The notes below the pieces were generated by a model that made no database searches, was not told where the DNA came from, and saw only the letters and a program-made list of their open reading frames with translations. From IMG/VR virus record IMGVR_UViG_3300022230_000138, positions 1 through 29,184 of that record: DNA of 29,184 nt. One strand, given 5' to 3'. Positions 16,609 to 25,252 of this stretch are shown piece after piece (within the stretch, counting starts at the first letter, position 1; each line of letters opens with the position of its first letter). The translations under genes were made by a program, and so were the position numbers. This DNA comes from a virus.

Positions 16609-19398
16609 GTGGGAACAACAACCCTGAAGCCCACGCAGATGGCGTATGAGCGAATAGAGAAAGATAAGTACGGCACATACACAGAGACGGTCTGGTACAA
16701 CCTCCCTAGGATAAAGGAAAAGGACGGTTCATATGCCAGCACAAGCCAGATAGCGTCCAGAAAAGGTACCGTTTCCAAACCAGGGCGTGTGAAGGCCCAT
16801 ACACTCACAGGGACCATCCCGGTGAACGCGAAAATCACGAAGGTCCGCGTGGAATGGAGATGGTACGTGAGGAACCCCTCAGGCGGGACCACAGGCGTCC
16901 CCACCATCCCAGGAGTCTACGTCTGCCTCTGGAAATCCGGGGCGGGCTGCAAGACCTCCACGGTCTCCACGACCACCGCAGCACCCACCTCCGCGGGAAC
17001 ATCCTACGCTGAGTTCACCACAGGCCTCCCGACACGTTCAGAACTCCTCTCCGGTGGATACGGGGTCTACTGGAACCCGAAAAGGAACACGAGCTACAAC
17101 CCGGGCTACCTCTACCTAGATAGCATCCATTTCATCGTCACATACACAGAGCCCTCCTATACTGTGCAGGTTCAGGGAACAGAGGCCTGTGATAGGGATG
17201 ATGAGGTGACGTACACCTTCACTCTCTCTGATGCGAACCAGTGCCCTCACACCCAGAACGTCCCCGTAGACCTCAGTTTCAGCTCAGATTTCCATGTGAC
17301 GGGCTACACGACGACGGATGGATCATTCGATCCCTCCACGATGGTCTGGAGCGCCCTCCCGGGTAGTGGTGGGTCAGCCACCCTCACGGTGAAGGGGAAG
17401 TACACTACTGCAGGTGTGAAGGAAGTCCGGATCACTGAGACGGTGACAAACCGGACTGCTTCGATTCAGACCACGGTCACAGACCCCTCCATCACCGTCA
17501 CATGCGACGACTACATCATATGCCCTCAGGGGCAGACTGTGACCCTGCAGATCACCGCCACAGGTCCCCAGGGTCTGAACGGGCGCCGGGTGAGGATCAC
17601 GAAGCCCCCATGGGCCACATTCACCACGGGGAGTGGCTCTGATGGGTCAGTCTCGGGGGATGTGTGGACGATATCATGCTCCTCATCCTGCACCACCGCC
17701 CAACTCTACCTGAAGATCACACCAGATGAGTCAGATGGGTCAGGGAAGTGGCATCTGAGCCGGGTGAAGGACGAGGAGACAGGGGAGCTTCTCACTTTCA
17801 TCTCAATGATCACAGGGTCCACTGTGAAGCCCCCCATCCATTCAGTCCCCGTGGACCTGGACCTTTCGGATGAAGAGTGGGAGAATGGGAGCTATGAACT
17901 AGTATTCTACGTCGCTAGGGATGAGGAGAAGTATGGGTGGAGTTTCACAGGATCAGACTACGAATACGCTGTTATATCAGGGGAGAAGGTCCTATACTCA
18001 TTCAGGAGTCTTCTGTCATCCACACCAGTCCAGGTGAGGGTCCCGATCCCCCCAGGGACCGCGGATCTAAAGGTGAACCTCGGAGCGGTCACAGGAGTGC
18101 CGAAGGCTGTTTCCCTGCGCATCTCAGACCCAGTCCTGGTCCCATCAGGGGGTGAGTACCAGAAGGGAGTTGTAACACGCCACAATGAAGCCACCGGGAG
18201 ATGGGAGGTGGTCCTGGACAATTTCGGCATAGAAGGTGGCTTCATCTTCACCCCAAGGATCCCAGAACTCCCCTCTGGGCTGAGGAAGGAGATCACAGGC
18301 CTCCAAGTGGAAATGGACGTCTCCTGTGAGGAACTGGTGGATGACTCCTGGGTCGGGTCCAGGAACGCGTATTTCACCCCGTGGATCTGCCTCGGCGGCG
18401 GTCTCTGCGGGGGGAAGGATATGAGAACCCCTATGGATGAGCGCATCACCCTCGGGGGGGCGGCTGATAAATGGAACCTTCACCTCGAGTCTCTTGGGAT
18501 AGAGGAGATGGAGGCCTCCTCCCTTGGATGGGACGTCCTGGAGGTGGGGCGTGTCAGTGATATGCGAGTGAAACTCACCGCGAACTCCGCCACAATGAAC
18601 CACATCCGCCTAAGGTTCTCAAAGCCAAAGGTAACAGTGTATTATGACGAGGTGAGCCCTAAGACGCCGGGTTTCACCGTGAACGGGGTGCATAGCGGTT
18701 CTTTCAGAACCCACCTCCGCCCAGACTCGGACATCCCGAACGGGCCGCTGAGGAAGGTGGAATTCACGAACTACCCATACTCATTCACCAACTACCCCGA
18801 GAAGGCCAGGACAGAACCCCTGAAACTGAAACTAAAGTTCATAGTGACCGGTGGAAGTATCAGGGAGTCTGAGAGGCTCCTCCAAGACCTTCAAAACCTC
18901 CTGGCGAATGAAACGGATGAATACAGGCTCCCCATCCTCAAAACACTGAAATTCGACTGGGATGACCGTCTCTACGACTACATACTCACAGAGACCGTGA
19001 AGAAAAAGCCCCTAGGATCAGCGTATGAATGCGAATGCGAAATCACAGTCCCCTCCGGGGCTGGCAGACTCCCACCACGGGAACTACCCCCAAAGGGGAC
19101 TCATAGGAGCCTCACACCACCCAAACCAGTCATAGAAGCCTACTTCACAGAGGCCGTGGAGAACCCTATCTTCGCAGAGACCAAGAGCGGTGCGAAAATC
19201 CTCCTCCTCACCAGAATCCCCCCAGGAACCACCCTATACATCGACTCGGCGAGGAGGAGGATCACAGACGCTGAAGGAGTCCACTACGAGGGCCTTGTAT
19301 CCTGGGACTCCTCATGGTTCCTCCTCCCCAGGGAGTATGAGATCACCGCACCCTCAGGGGTTGTGATCCGCGGAGTGCGCGTCGAGGAGGTGGTCTAG
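16609..19398 (+). CDS. Distal tail protein (Dit) with a long N-terminal Ig/DUF11-like extension
   Basis: C-terminal ~250 aa match a Dit pattern (FTVNGVHS, LKLKFIV, LKFDWDDRLY, PPKPVIEA, TLYIDSARRRI). N-terminal VTYTFTLS...DGSFD...VWSALPGSGGSATLTV resembles DUF11. Confidence 0.78.
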   Translation: MGTTTLKPTQMAYERIEKDKYGTYTETVWYNLPRIKEKDGSYASTSQIASRKGTVSKPGRVKAHTLTGTIPVNAKITKVRVEWRWYVRNPSGGTTGVPTIPGVYVCLWKSGAGCKTSTVSTTTAAPTSAGTSYAEFTTGLPTRSELLSGGYGVYWNPKRNTSYNPGYLYLDSIHFIVTYTEPSYTVQVQGTEACDRDDEVTYTFTLSDANQCPHTQNVPVDLSFSSDFHVTGYTTTDGSFDPSTMVWSALPGSGGSATLTVKGKYTTAGVKEVRITETVTNRTASIQTTVTDPSITVTCDDYIICPQGQTVTLQITATGPQGLNGRRVRITKPPWATFTTGSGSDGSVSGDVWTISCSSSCTTAQLYLKITPDESDGSGKWHLSRVKDEETGELLTFISMITGSTVKPPIHSVPVDLDLSDEEWENGSYELVFYVARDEEKYGWSFTGSDYEYAVISGEKVLYSFRSLLSSTPVQVRVPIPPGTADLKVNLGAVTGVPKAVSLRISDPVLVPSGGEYQKGVVTRHNEATGRWEVVLDNFGIEGGFIFTPRIPELPSGLRKEITGLQVEMDVSCEELVDDSWVGSRNAYFTPWICLGGGLCGGKDMRTPMDERITLGGAADKWNLHLESLGIEEMEASSLGWDVLEVGRVSDMRVKLTANSATMNHIRLRFSKPKVTVYYDEVSPKTPGFTVNGVHSGSFRTHLRPDSDIPNGPLRKVEFTNYPYSFTNYPEKARTEPLKLKLKFIVTGGSIRESERLLQDLQNLLANETDEYRLPILKTLKFDWDDRLYDYILTETVKKKPLGSAYECECEITVPSGAGRLPPRELPPKGTHRSLTPPKPVIEAYFTEAVENPIFAETKSGAKILLLTRIPPGTTLYIDSARRRITDAEGVHYEGLVSWDSSWFLLPREYEITAPSGVVIRGVRVEEVV

Positions 19399-19446
19399 AT
19401 ACGATCAGAGCCGAATATCACCATCCTCACAGCTGAGGAGGAAGTA

Positions 19447-21249
19447 GTGGGGAGCCTGAGCCTTGACGAGGCCCGTGTGACTGAGAAAAGGAGTTTGGAC
19501 GGGTTCAGGGAGCTCCAAGTGGAAACAAGCCTCATAGACCCCTCTACGCGGAAGAACATGGCCCATGAACTCCGACCAGGCGTGAAGCTCTACTGGCGAC
19601 GGAACACTGATGGTGAGGAGTGCCTATACGTCATTGACTCGGAGATACGCCTCGACTACGACTCGAATAAGCTCTCATTCACCGCCCATGAGGTTGCAGC
19701 GGAAATAAAAGACACACCACCCTTCCTAGTGGAAGCGGTGGTCCCTGAGGACTTCATAGGGGGCTATGATTCCTCATGGATCCAGTACAAGCCATCAGGG
19801 GCTAGTATCACAGCCCTCAAGCCTATGAATGCCCTGGAGATCACCTGCACATCAGGGACGCAGCTACTATGGGCTGGGGCCTCAGATGTGAACCCGGCGA
19901 TGCTCTACAGGCCCATACCTGAGGGTGCGGAGGAGTATGAGTCGTACGTGAACGTTGAACTGGCCCCACCCCCACGACGATTCATAAACACAGCGGTGGG
20001 CTTAGCTGTGATAAACACCGCACGGACGGGTTTTGTCCGAGTGGAGCACTATATCCATGAGTCTGGGACTCGCATGTTCCAATCCCAGTACAGGAACCCT
20101 GGGGGGTCGGATACAACAGTCCAATCCGCGGACAACCCATCAGATTGGCCTCAGAACGGTCCATTCGACCTATGCATCCGCCGATCCAGTGATGGGACCT
20201 TCTCATTCCAATATAAGGCTCAGACGCAGAGCAGCTGGCAGGATCTGGGGAGTGCGGTGATCTCCTCATGGACACCCACCCATATCGGCCTCTACATCAG
20301 GAACTGGGGACCCTACCATCCACCCAGAGGAAGGTTCAGACACTTCCGATTCTACCCACTCGCCGGTGTCCGACGCCGGATAACGAATACAAGCGTCCAG
20401 GAGCCCCATGTGAACCTAACAAGCCTCCTTGAAGGTCTATGGGAGGTCACGATCCCAGAGAACCTCATAGTACCCCTCGGGGGGCTTATGAGCCCCTCGC
20501 AGCTCCTCCAAACCATCCAGGAGGCTGGATACAGGGTCAGGTACGAATACGAATACAATGATGACCCCACCAGCCACCTCCAGCGAAAACTAGTCATAGA
20601 AGCCCCAGATGAGGATGTGAAGGGCACACTACGCCTCTATGATGACGCGACGAACCTGGACTACTCCTACAGTGACCTGGCAGCGTATCTGGGCGCCTAT
20701 CCAGTGGTGAAGACCGACACAGACCCCATACAACGATACGACGCCATAAAACGTTTCAGGGACTACTCGGTGGCCAAGGACGACCTCATACCCTCAAAGG
20801 TCCAAGTGGATGAGGAGGGAACGATAGTGGAGTACGTGAAGGCGCCTGCACCCTACAGGAAGGAGGCTGGGTCCTTCTACATCCTCGCGGAGGATGCGGG
20901 GGCTGAGTACGTGGAGAGGAAGACGCGTGGAGCGGATGGAACGGTCACCGTGAAACCACGACTCCTCGGCGTGGATGTGGACGCTGATCATCCTGTGAAC
21001 ATGTACTGGAAGCTCGCAGAGGAACTGATGAAGGCTAATCAGCGCACACTGAGCCTTGAAATCGATTATAATGCTATTCAGTGCCCGTGGGGTGATTTCC
21101 GGGTCGGGGATGTGGTTATCTTGGAATTGCCGGGTGAGGATGAAGGCCTCCGGGTCCAGGTGAAGGAGACTGAGAAAAGCGTCCACGAACCCGCAGTAGT
21201 GAAAATAAAAGCGGATGTGACTGGTTTCATCAGAAAAATGTTGAGGTGA
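19447..21249 (+). CDS. Tal/baseplate hub-like tail protein with an inserted ConA-like domain; the true start may be ATA 19399
   Basis: Follows Dit. N-terminal SLDGFRELQVE...LRPGVKLY...CLYVID and C-terminal DFRVGDVVIL...VKETEKSV resemble siphovirus Tal. The frame is open from 19399. Confidence 0.72.
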   Translation: MGSLSLDEARVTEKRSLDGFRELQVETSLIDPSTRKNMAHELRPGVKLYWRRNTDGEECLYVIDSEIRLDYDSNKLSFTAHEVAAEIKDTPPFLVEAVVPEDFIGGYDSSWIQYKPSGASITALKPMNALEITCTSGTQLLWAGASDVNPAMLYRPIPEGAEEYESYVNVELAPPPRRFINTAVGLAVINTARTGFVRVEHYIHESGTRMFQSQYRNPGGSDTTVQSADNPSDWPQNGPFDLCIRRSSDGTFSFQYKAQTQSSWQDLGSAVISSWTPTHIGLYIRNWGPYHPPRGRFRHFRFYPLAGVRRRITNTSVQEPHVNLTSLLEGLWEVTIPENLIVPLGGLMSPSQLLQTIQEAGYRVRYEYEYNDDPTSHLQRKLVIEAPDEDVKGTLRLYDDATNLDYSYSDLAAYLGAYPVVKTDTDPIQRYDAIKRFRDYSVAKDDLIPSKVQVDEEGTIVEYVKAPAPYRKEAGSFYILAEDAGAEYVERKTRGADGTVTVKPRLLGVDVDADHPVNMYWKLAEELMKANQRTLSLEIDYNAIQCPWGDFRVGDVVILELPGEDEGLRVQVKETEKSVHEPAVVKIKADVTGFIRKMLR

Positions 21250-21254
21250 GGCTT

Positions 21255-21467
21255 ATGAATGAAGAACCAGTATTGTTGAACGAATTCGAGTATAAAGGTG
21301 TGAAAACACGCCAATACCTCTATGGGAACGTGTGGGTGGAGATCGAGAATAGTGGAGTGAAGACGGAGGAGGAAATAGAAAGAGAACTTCAAGAACGCAT
21401 CCAAAACATCCCAGAAGAACACATACTAGCCGTATTCCCTGAGATGGAGGATGAGGTGATACCATGA
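21255..21467 (+). CDS. Small acidic hypothetical tail-associated protein
   Basis: GAGGTGA RBS before ATG 21255; ATGA overlap with the next gene. Confidence 0.7.
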   Translation: MNEEPVLLNEFEYKGVKTRQYLYGNVWVEIENSGVKTEEEIERELQERIQNIPEEHILAVFPEMEDEVIP

Positions 21468-23188
21468 CCACATATACGAGTGCTCAGAGCGGCTCATGGT
21501 CATCCAGCAGCACATGGGATCCCACAGGCGTCCCAGGGAACGGTGACACCGTCACCATCCAACCAAGCCACATAGTTGTCTTCGATGCGGACCAGAGCAG
21601 CTTTACGAACGGTTTAAGCGGCTTGACGATCAATGGGACGCTCTCCTTCGCAAGGACCAGCCCAACGTACTTGAAGGTGAAGGCTACGGTCACTGGGGAT
21701 GGGAAGTTGGAGGTGGGGACTCGTGCGAATCCCATTTCCCGTCCCGCGGCCCCAACAAGCCCCATGGCCACCATCCACCTGAACGGATCCTACTACCTCT
21801 CCCTGGACACCGTAGAAATTGCAGGGTGGACTCCGGACGTTCATAGGACTCGTCTCGCTGCCAACGCGGCCAGCGGAGCCACCCAAATCGTCCTAGAAGA
21901 CGACATGGGTCTCCAAAAGGGTGATAAGATCGTCATAGGTGCCAATAGCTGCAGCGGGCCATTCAACACCAGCACAGAGTCAAACGAGGGCCTTTTCACC
22001 GTCCAATCATACGATGCGAGCACGAAAACGGTCACGCTCTCCTCTGGGCTCGGATACCCGCGCAAAGCGGGCGATTTCGTCGCATACTACGACCAGACCG
22101 TCAGAATCAGTACGAGCGCGAGTGATCTCTTCCAGAACCTGAAAAATCTCTACGTAGAGGGCGCCTTTTTAAACGCGGGCTTCGCACATGTCCCGGAATC
22201 CCAAATGAAGCCTATATATCATCCGATTCTAGCTGAAAAGGCAACTATAGATGGTAGTACCAAACAGAACCTTCCTCTTCCCTACACTCCGGCAGGGAGG
22301 GGTGTTCTGCAGTCCATGACCTTCTACGCCTCCAAAGTGCTCGCGGGAGCTCTGGAGATCCGCGATTCCGTCGCCATCCACAGCGGATCAGATCATGGGG
22401 GTTTTGGGGGGTTCATAGACTCACTGGTAGCGGATACGTGGATTGGGAACATATCCTACCCCGGCGCCCACTACAACCCATGGGACTCCTACCTAGCGGG
22501 GAGATACATGCGCATGGAATCCTGCGAGCTACGGGGCAGTCCCTACCTGGGCAGCTTGGGGCAGAACATCCTCTACGTGACCGACACGCACATACCACGC
22601 CTCGTCATAGGTGGATGCGTCCTCCGCCTCACGAACTGCACCATAGACACGATCGCGTATAGGGCCTTCTCCAAATCAGGGTTTGGGGTGGGGTATGTGG
22701 AGTCTCGGGACCACCAGGGCGTCCCCGGGGCCTGGAGGGCGTACACCCATGGTGGAAGTATGCAGAAAGTCACGGATGTAACCCCTCCGGGGAGATCGGG
22801 GGCTATCCAAACGACTCACGTGAATGATAGGGCTTTCATCATCTATGGGGAGCCTGTGGGCCTACTGGAACCCGGGGAGGTGCTGAGGGCGACTGCATGG
22901 CTCAGGAAGAACAAGACCACAGCGGAGATGCCGTACACGCCCCGCCTGCAGATTCTCAGCCACCCATTCCCACATCTGAGCATCTATGATGACGCAGTCG
23001 TCGCAGAAAAACCCATGGACCCCTCCAAAGTGAACGAGTGGGAGTATGTGACCATCGAGTATGAGAATACTACAGACTCGGCGCAGGAATACTCAGTGCG
23101 TGTGAAAACATGTGCAGGTACTGGGAATGTGTGGTTCACCCTCGACCATGATATCCTCAACCGTGCGAGGATATTCATGATACGCTGA
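21464..23188 (+). CDS. Tail spike / receptor-binding protein (G8-like N-terminus, beta-rich centre, CBM-like C-terminus)
   Basis: SAQSGSWSSSSTW..GVPGNGDTVTI (G8-like start); C-terminal jelly-roll pattern ATAWLRK...EWEYVTIEY...SVRVKT...VWF.LD; last tail gene. Confidence 0.75.
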   Translation: MTTYTSAQSGSWSSSSTWDPTGVPGNGDTVTIQPSHIVVFDADQSSFTNGLSGLTINGTLSFARTSPTYLKVKATVTGDGKLEVGTRANPISRPAAPTSPMATIHLNGSYYLSLDTVEIAGWTPDVHRTRLAANAASGATQIVLEDDMGLQKGDKIVIGANSCSGPFNTSTESNEGLFTVQSYDASTKTVTLSSGLGYPRKAGDFVAYYDQTVRISTSASDLFQNLKNLYVEGAFLNAGFAHVPESQMKPIYHPILAEKATIDGSTKQNLPLPYTPAGRGVLQSMTFYASKVLAGALEIRDSVAIHSGSDHGGFGGFIDSLVADTWIGNISYPGAHYNPWDSYLAGRYMRMESCELRGSPYLGSLGQNILYVTDTHIPRLVIGGCVLRLTNCTIDTIAYRAFSKSGFGVGYVESRDHQGVPGAWRAYTHGGSMQKVTDVTPPGRSGAIQTTHVNDRAFIIYGEPVGLLEPGEVLRATAWLRKNKTTAEMPYTPRLQILSHPFPHLSIYDDAVVAEKPMDPSKVNEWEYVTIEYENTTDSAQEYSVRVKTCAGTGNVWFTLDHDILNRARIFMIR

Positions 23189-23215
23189 AAAAGAGATAGG
23201 ATGGAGGTGGTATAG

Positions 23216-23566
23216 GTGAAAAGGATATGTGAAGGGATGCGCATACGCGTAAACCCCATACCAGGACTGGAAAACCCAATCGAAGGTGATGGGATCCGTG
23301 ACAACCAGACCAGGACTTTCATAGTCGCGGAAATCCGTGAAGAAGACGAAACAATCCTCCTCCATGAACTCCTGGATGGTGCTGTGAACAGGAATGGCGG
23401 CCCCATCGGGGCCACCATCCGGGTCACGCTGCAGGATCTTCTCCAAGCCTACATGAACACCCCCAAATGGGTGAGGAGGATTACGAAAACCCGCAGACCC
23501 CGCACGAAAAGACCTGGGAAGAAGAAAAAAGAGACGGATACAAGCGCAGAAGCGGGGAAGGAATGA
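23216..23566 (+). CDS. Hypothetical protein with a degenerate zincin motif (HELLD) and a basic C-tail
   Basis: GGAGGTGG RBS; ILLHELLDG at 23354-23380; ATGA overlap with the endolysin. Confidence 0.65.
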   Translation: MKRICEGMRIRVNPIPGLENPIEGDGIRDNQTRTFIVAEIREEDETILLHELLDGAVNRNGGPIGATIRVTLQDLLQAYMNTPKWVRRITKTRRPRTKRPGKKKKETDTSAEAGKE

Positions 23567-24501
23567 TGGAGGCTGAGAATATGAAGCTGGAGAAAGGAAT
23601 CGTCACGAACCAGGTCTTCAAGGACATGCAACGCCGATACAACCTATTCAAGAAAGAGAACAACCGTGAACCAAAAATAATCTTCATAGAGCCTGGTAAA
23701 AAGGAATATGTGACCCTAGAGACCTTCAAGGACATGGAGAAACGATATGAGAACTTCAAGAAGGAGAGGGGTCGTGAACCCCTCACAGTCCAAATCACAC
23801 CCCCAGAGAAGGAGGCGGTGAATCTAGAGAAAGGAATCATCACAAATCAGGTTTTTAAGGACATGCAGCGCCGATACAACCTCTTCAAGAAGGAGAACGG
23901 TCGCGAACCCCAAATAATCTACATAGAACCTAATAAAAAAGAATACGTGACCATAGAGACCTTCAAGGACATGGAGAGGAGATATGAGAACTTCAAGAAG
24001 GAGAGGGGTCGTGAACCCCTCACAGTCCAGATCACACCACCAGGGAAGGTCAAGGAGGCTGAGAAGCGCAGTGAAACCCTTCAAGCCCTCATAGATGAAC
24101 TAGGATACTTTAGCAACGCAACAGAACTCTACAAGCTCCTCACGGCGAAGGGGAAGTACAAATACTACTTGAACCGGCGATGCGGGACACTACGCGAAGC
24201 CGTACGGCGAATCAAGAAAGAAGGGATAAACTGTGCTGATGCCTGCACCCTCTTCACCGTCATCCTCCGCGAGATCGGGTACACAGTCCAGGTGGAGCAT
24301 GTCAGGGTCAAGTGTAATGATGGTGTGTGGTACGGTCACTACCTCCTCCGAGTGAAGGGCAGAGAATTCCCGAACACGTCAACGAACCCCTCACAGTGGA
24401 CTATATGGGATTATGTGAGCGCAACGAAGACGAAGCGGCCATTAGGGACACCGTGCTGCGTGGCTGGCTTCAAGCATCTGGATTGGGATGGTGTGAAGTG
24501 A
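23563..24501 (+). CDS. peiP: Pseudomurein endoisopeptidase (PeiP/PeiW-like endolysin); alternative start 23581
   Basis: Four FKDM.RY..FK.E.GREP pseudomurein-binding repeats. Catalytic GINCADAC (Cys 24232), HVRVKCNDGVWYGHY (His 24337) and WDYVSATKT.RPLG.PCC (Asp 24409), as in PeiW/PeiP. Confidence 0.97.
   Translation: MMEAENMKLEKGIVTNQVFKDMQRRYNLFKKENNREPKIIFIEPGKKEYVTLETFKDMEKRYENFKKERGREPLTVQITPPEKEAVNLEKGIITNQVFKDMQRRYNLFKKENGREPQIIYIEPNKKEYVTIETFKDMERRYENFKKERGREPLTVQITPPGKVKEAEKRSETLQALIDELGYFSNATELYKLLTAKGKYKYYLNRRCGTLREAVRRIKKEGINCADACTLFTVILREIGYTVQVEHVRVKCNDGVWYGHYLLRVKGREFPNTSTNPSQWTIWDYVSATKTKRPLGTPCCVAGFKHLDWDGVK
23587..24049 (+). repeat. 237-bp internal tandem duplication (two pairs of pseudomurein-binding repeats)
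   Basis: Units start at 23587 and 23824; long identical runs such as GATATGAGAACTTCAAGAAGGAGAGGGGTCGTGAACCCCTCACAGTCCA. Confidence 0.95.
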
Positions 24502-24523
24502 AAGAAGCATCCTGACCGCCTAT

Positions 24524-24704
24524 TCAAAAACAAACAGAAAGGCATATAAAGGATAATCAAAAACAAACCGAAAATCCTAGGAAGAATCCTGAACAAAAAC
24601 AAAAAAGGATGGTGGGGGAACATCACCCCCCACACCCAGAGACCACCAAAAAAAGGAAAGAAGAAAAAGGAAAGGAGAAAAGGAAAGGAGAAGAGGTGAA
24701 ACAG
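24524..24704 (+). promoter_or_regulatory. Right early promoter/leader module with repeated operator-like sites
   Basis: TCAAAAACAAAC(A/C)GAAA at 24524 and 24557 flank CATATAAA (24543-24550); third CAAAAACAAA at 24594; G5/C5 stem; 49-nt purine-only tract 24648-24696; GAGGTGA RBS. Confidence 0.6.
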
Positions 24705-25019
24705 ATGGCATGGGAAGAAATACGAGTAGAAACCCAGAAAGAAGCCAAACCATGGGACTACCACGAAAAGGTGAGCCTAGAAGGCTACGTGGAGCTGAAA
24801 AAGGAGAACACGGATCACGAGGGGAGAAAATACCTCACAGTGATCCTGAAAACACATGAGGGGGAACGATACTTCCTCCCACGCAACGTCGACCTCCAAC
24901 TAAAACTAAAAGACGTGGAGGAGGGTGATAAGCTCCACATACGCCACGCAGGAGAAGAAGAACTCCCCGACGGCCGAACAATCCGCCGATTCAAAGTCTA
25001 CAGGTGGATAGAGGCATGA
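24705..25019 (+). CDS. OB-fold protein, putative ssDNA-binding protein (104 aa)
   Basis: RBS supports ATG 24705, not 24609. W...SLEGY...Y.VIL....GE...L..N.DL...L..V..GD...I...G pattern; lies near erf. Confidence 0.65.
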   Translation: MAWEEIRVETQKEAKPWDYHEKVSLEGYVELKKENTDHEGRKYLTVILKTHEGERYFLPRNVDLQLKLKDVEEGDKLHIRHAGEEELPDGRTIRRFKVYRWIEA

Positions 25020-25033
25020 GGAGGGTGAACAGG

Positions 25034-25252
25034 ATGAAATACGGTGACTGCATGCGCACATTCAAAGTGCCTGCTTGGCTAGCTGAAGAAAAAGGACTCA
25101 TCAGGGAAAGAGTGACAGGGACAATAGAACGTGAAACACCCAAGGCCATACTGCTGAGAACACCCAAAGGGGAGTTATACTGGCTCCCCAAAAGCCAGAT
25201 CCGTGAAGAAAAGATCCCCGCTGATCAAACCACCTTGGGGGGAACAGGATGA
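25034..25252 (+). CDS. Small beta-barrel hypothetical protein
   Basis: GGGTGA RBS; RETPKAILL....E.YWLPKSQI motif, common in small viral proteins. Confidence 0.7.
   Translation: MKYGDCMRTFKVPAWLAEEKGLIRERVTGTIERETPKAILLRTPKGELYWLPKSQIREEKIPADQTTLGGTG

Noticed and set aside
24609-24704. N-terminal extensions in the ORF track (24609, 23467, 9884, 902, 1686)
   Set aside because: Downstream starts have proper RBS spacing or stop/start overlap; the extensions are low-complexity or overlap upstream genes.
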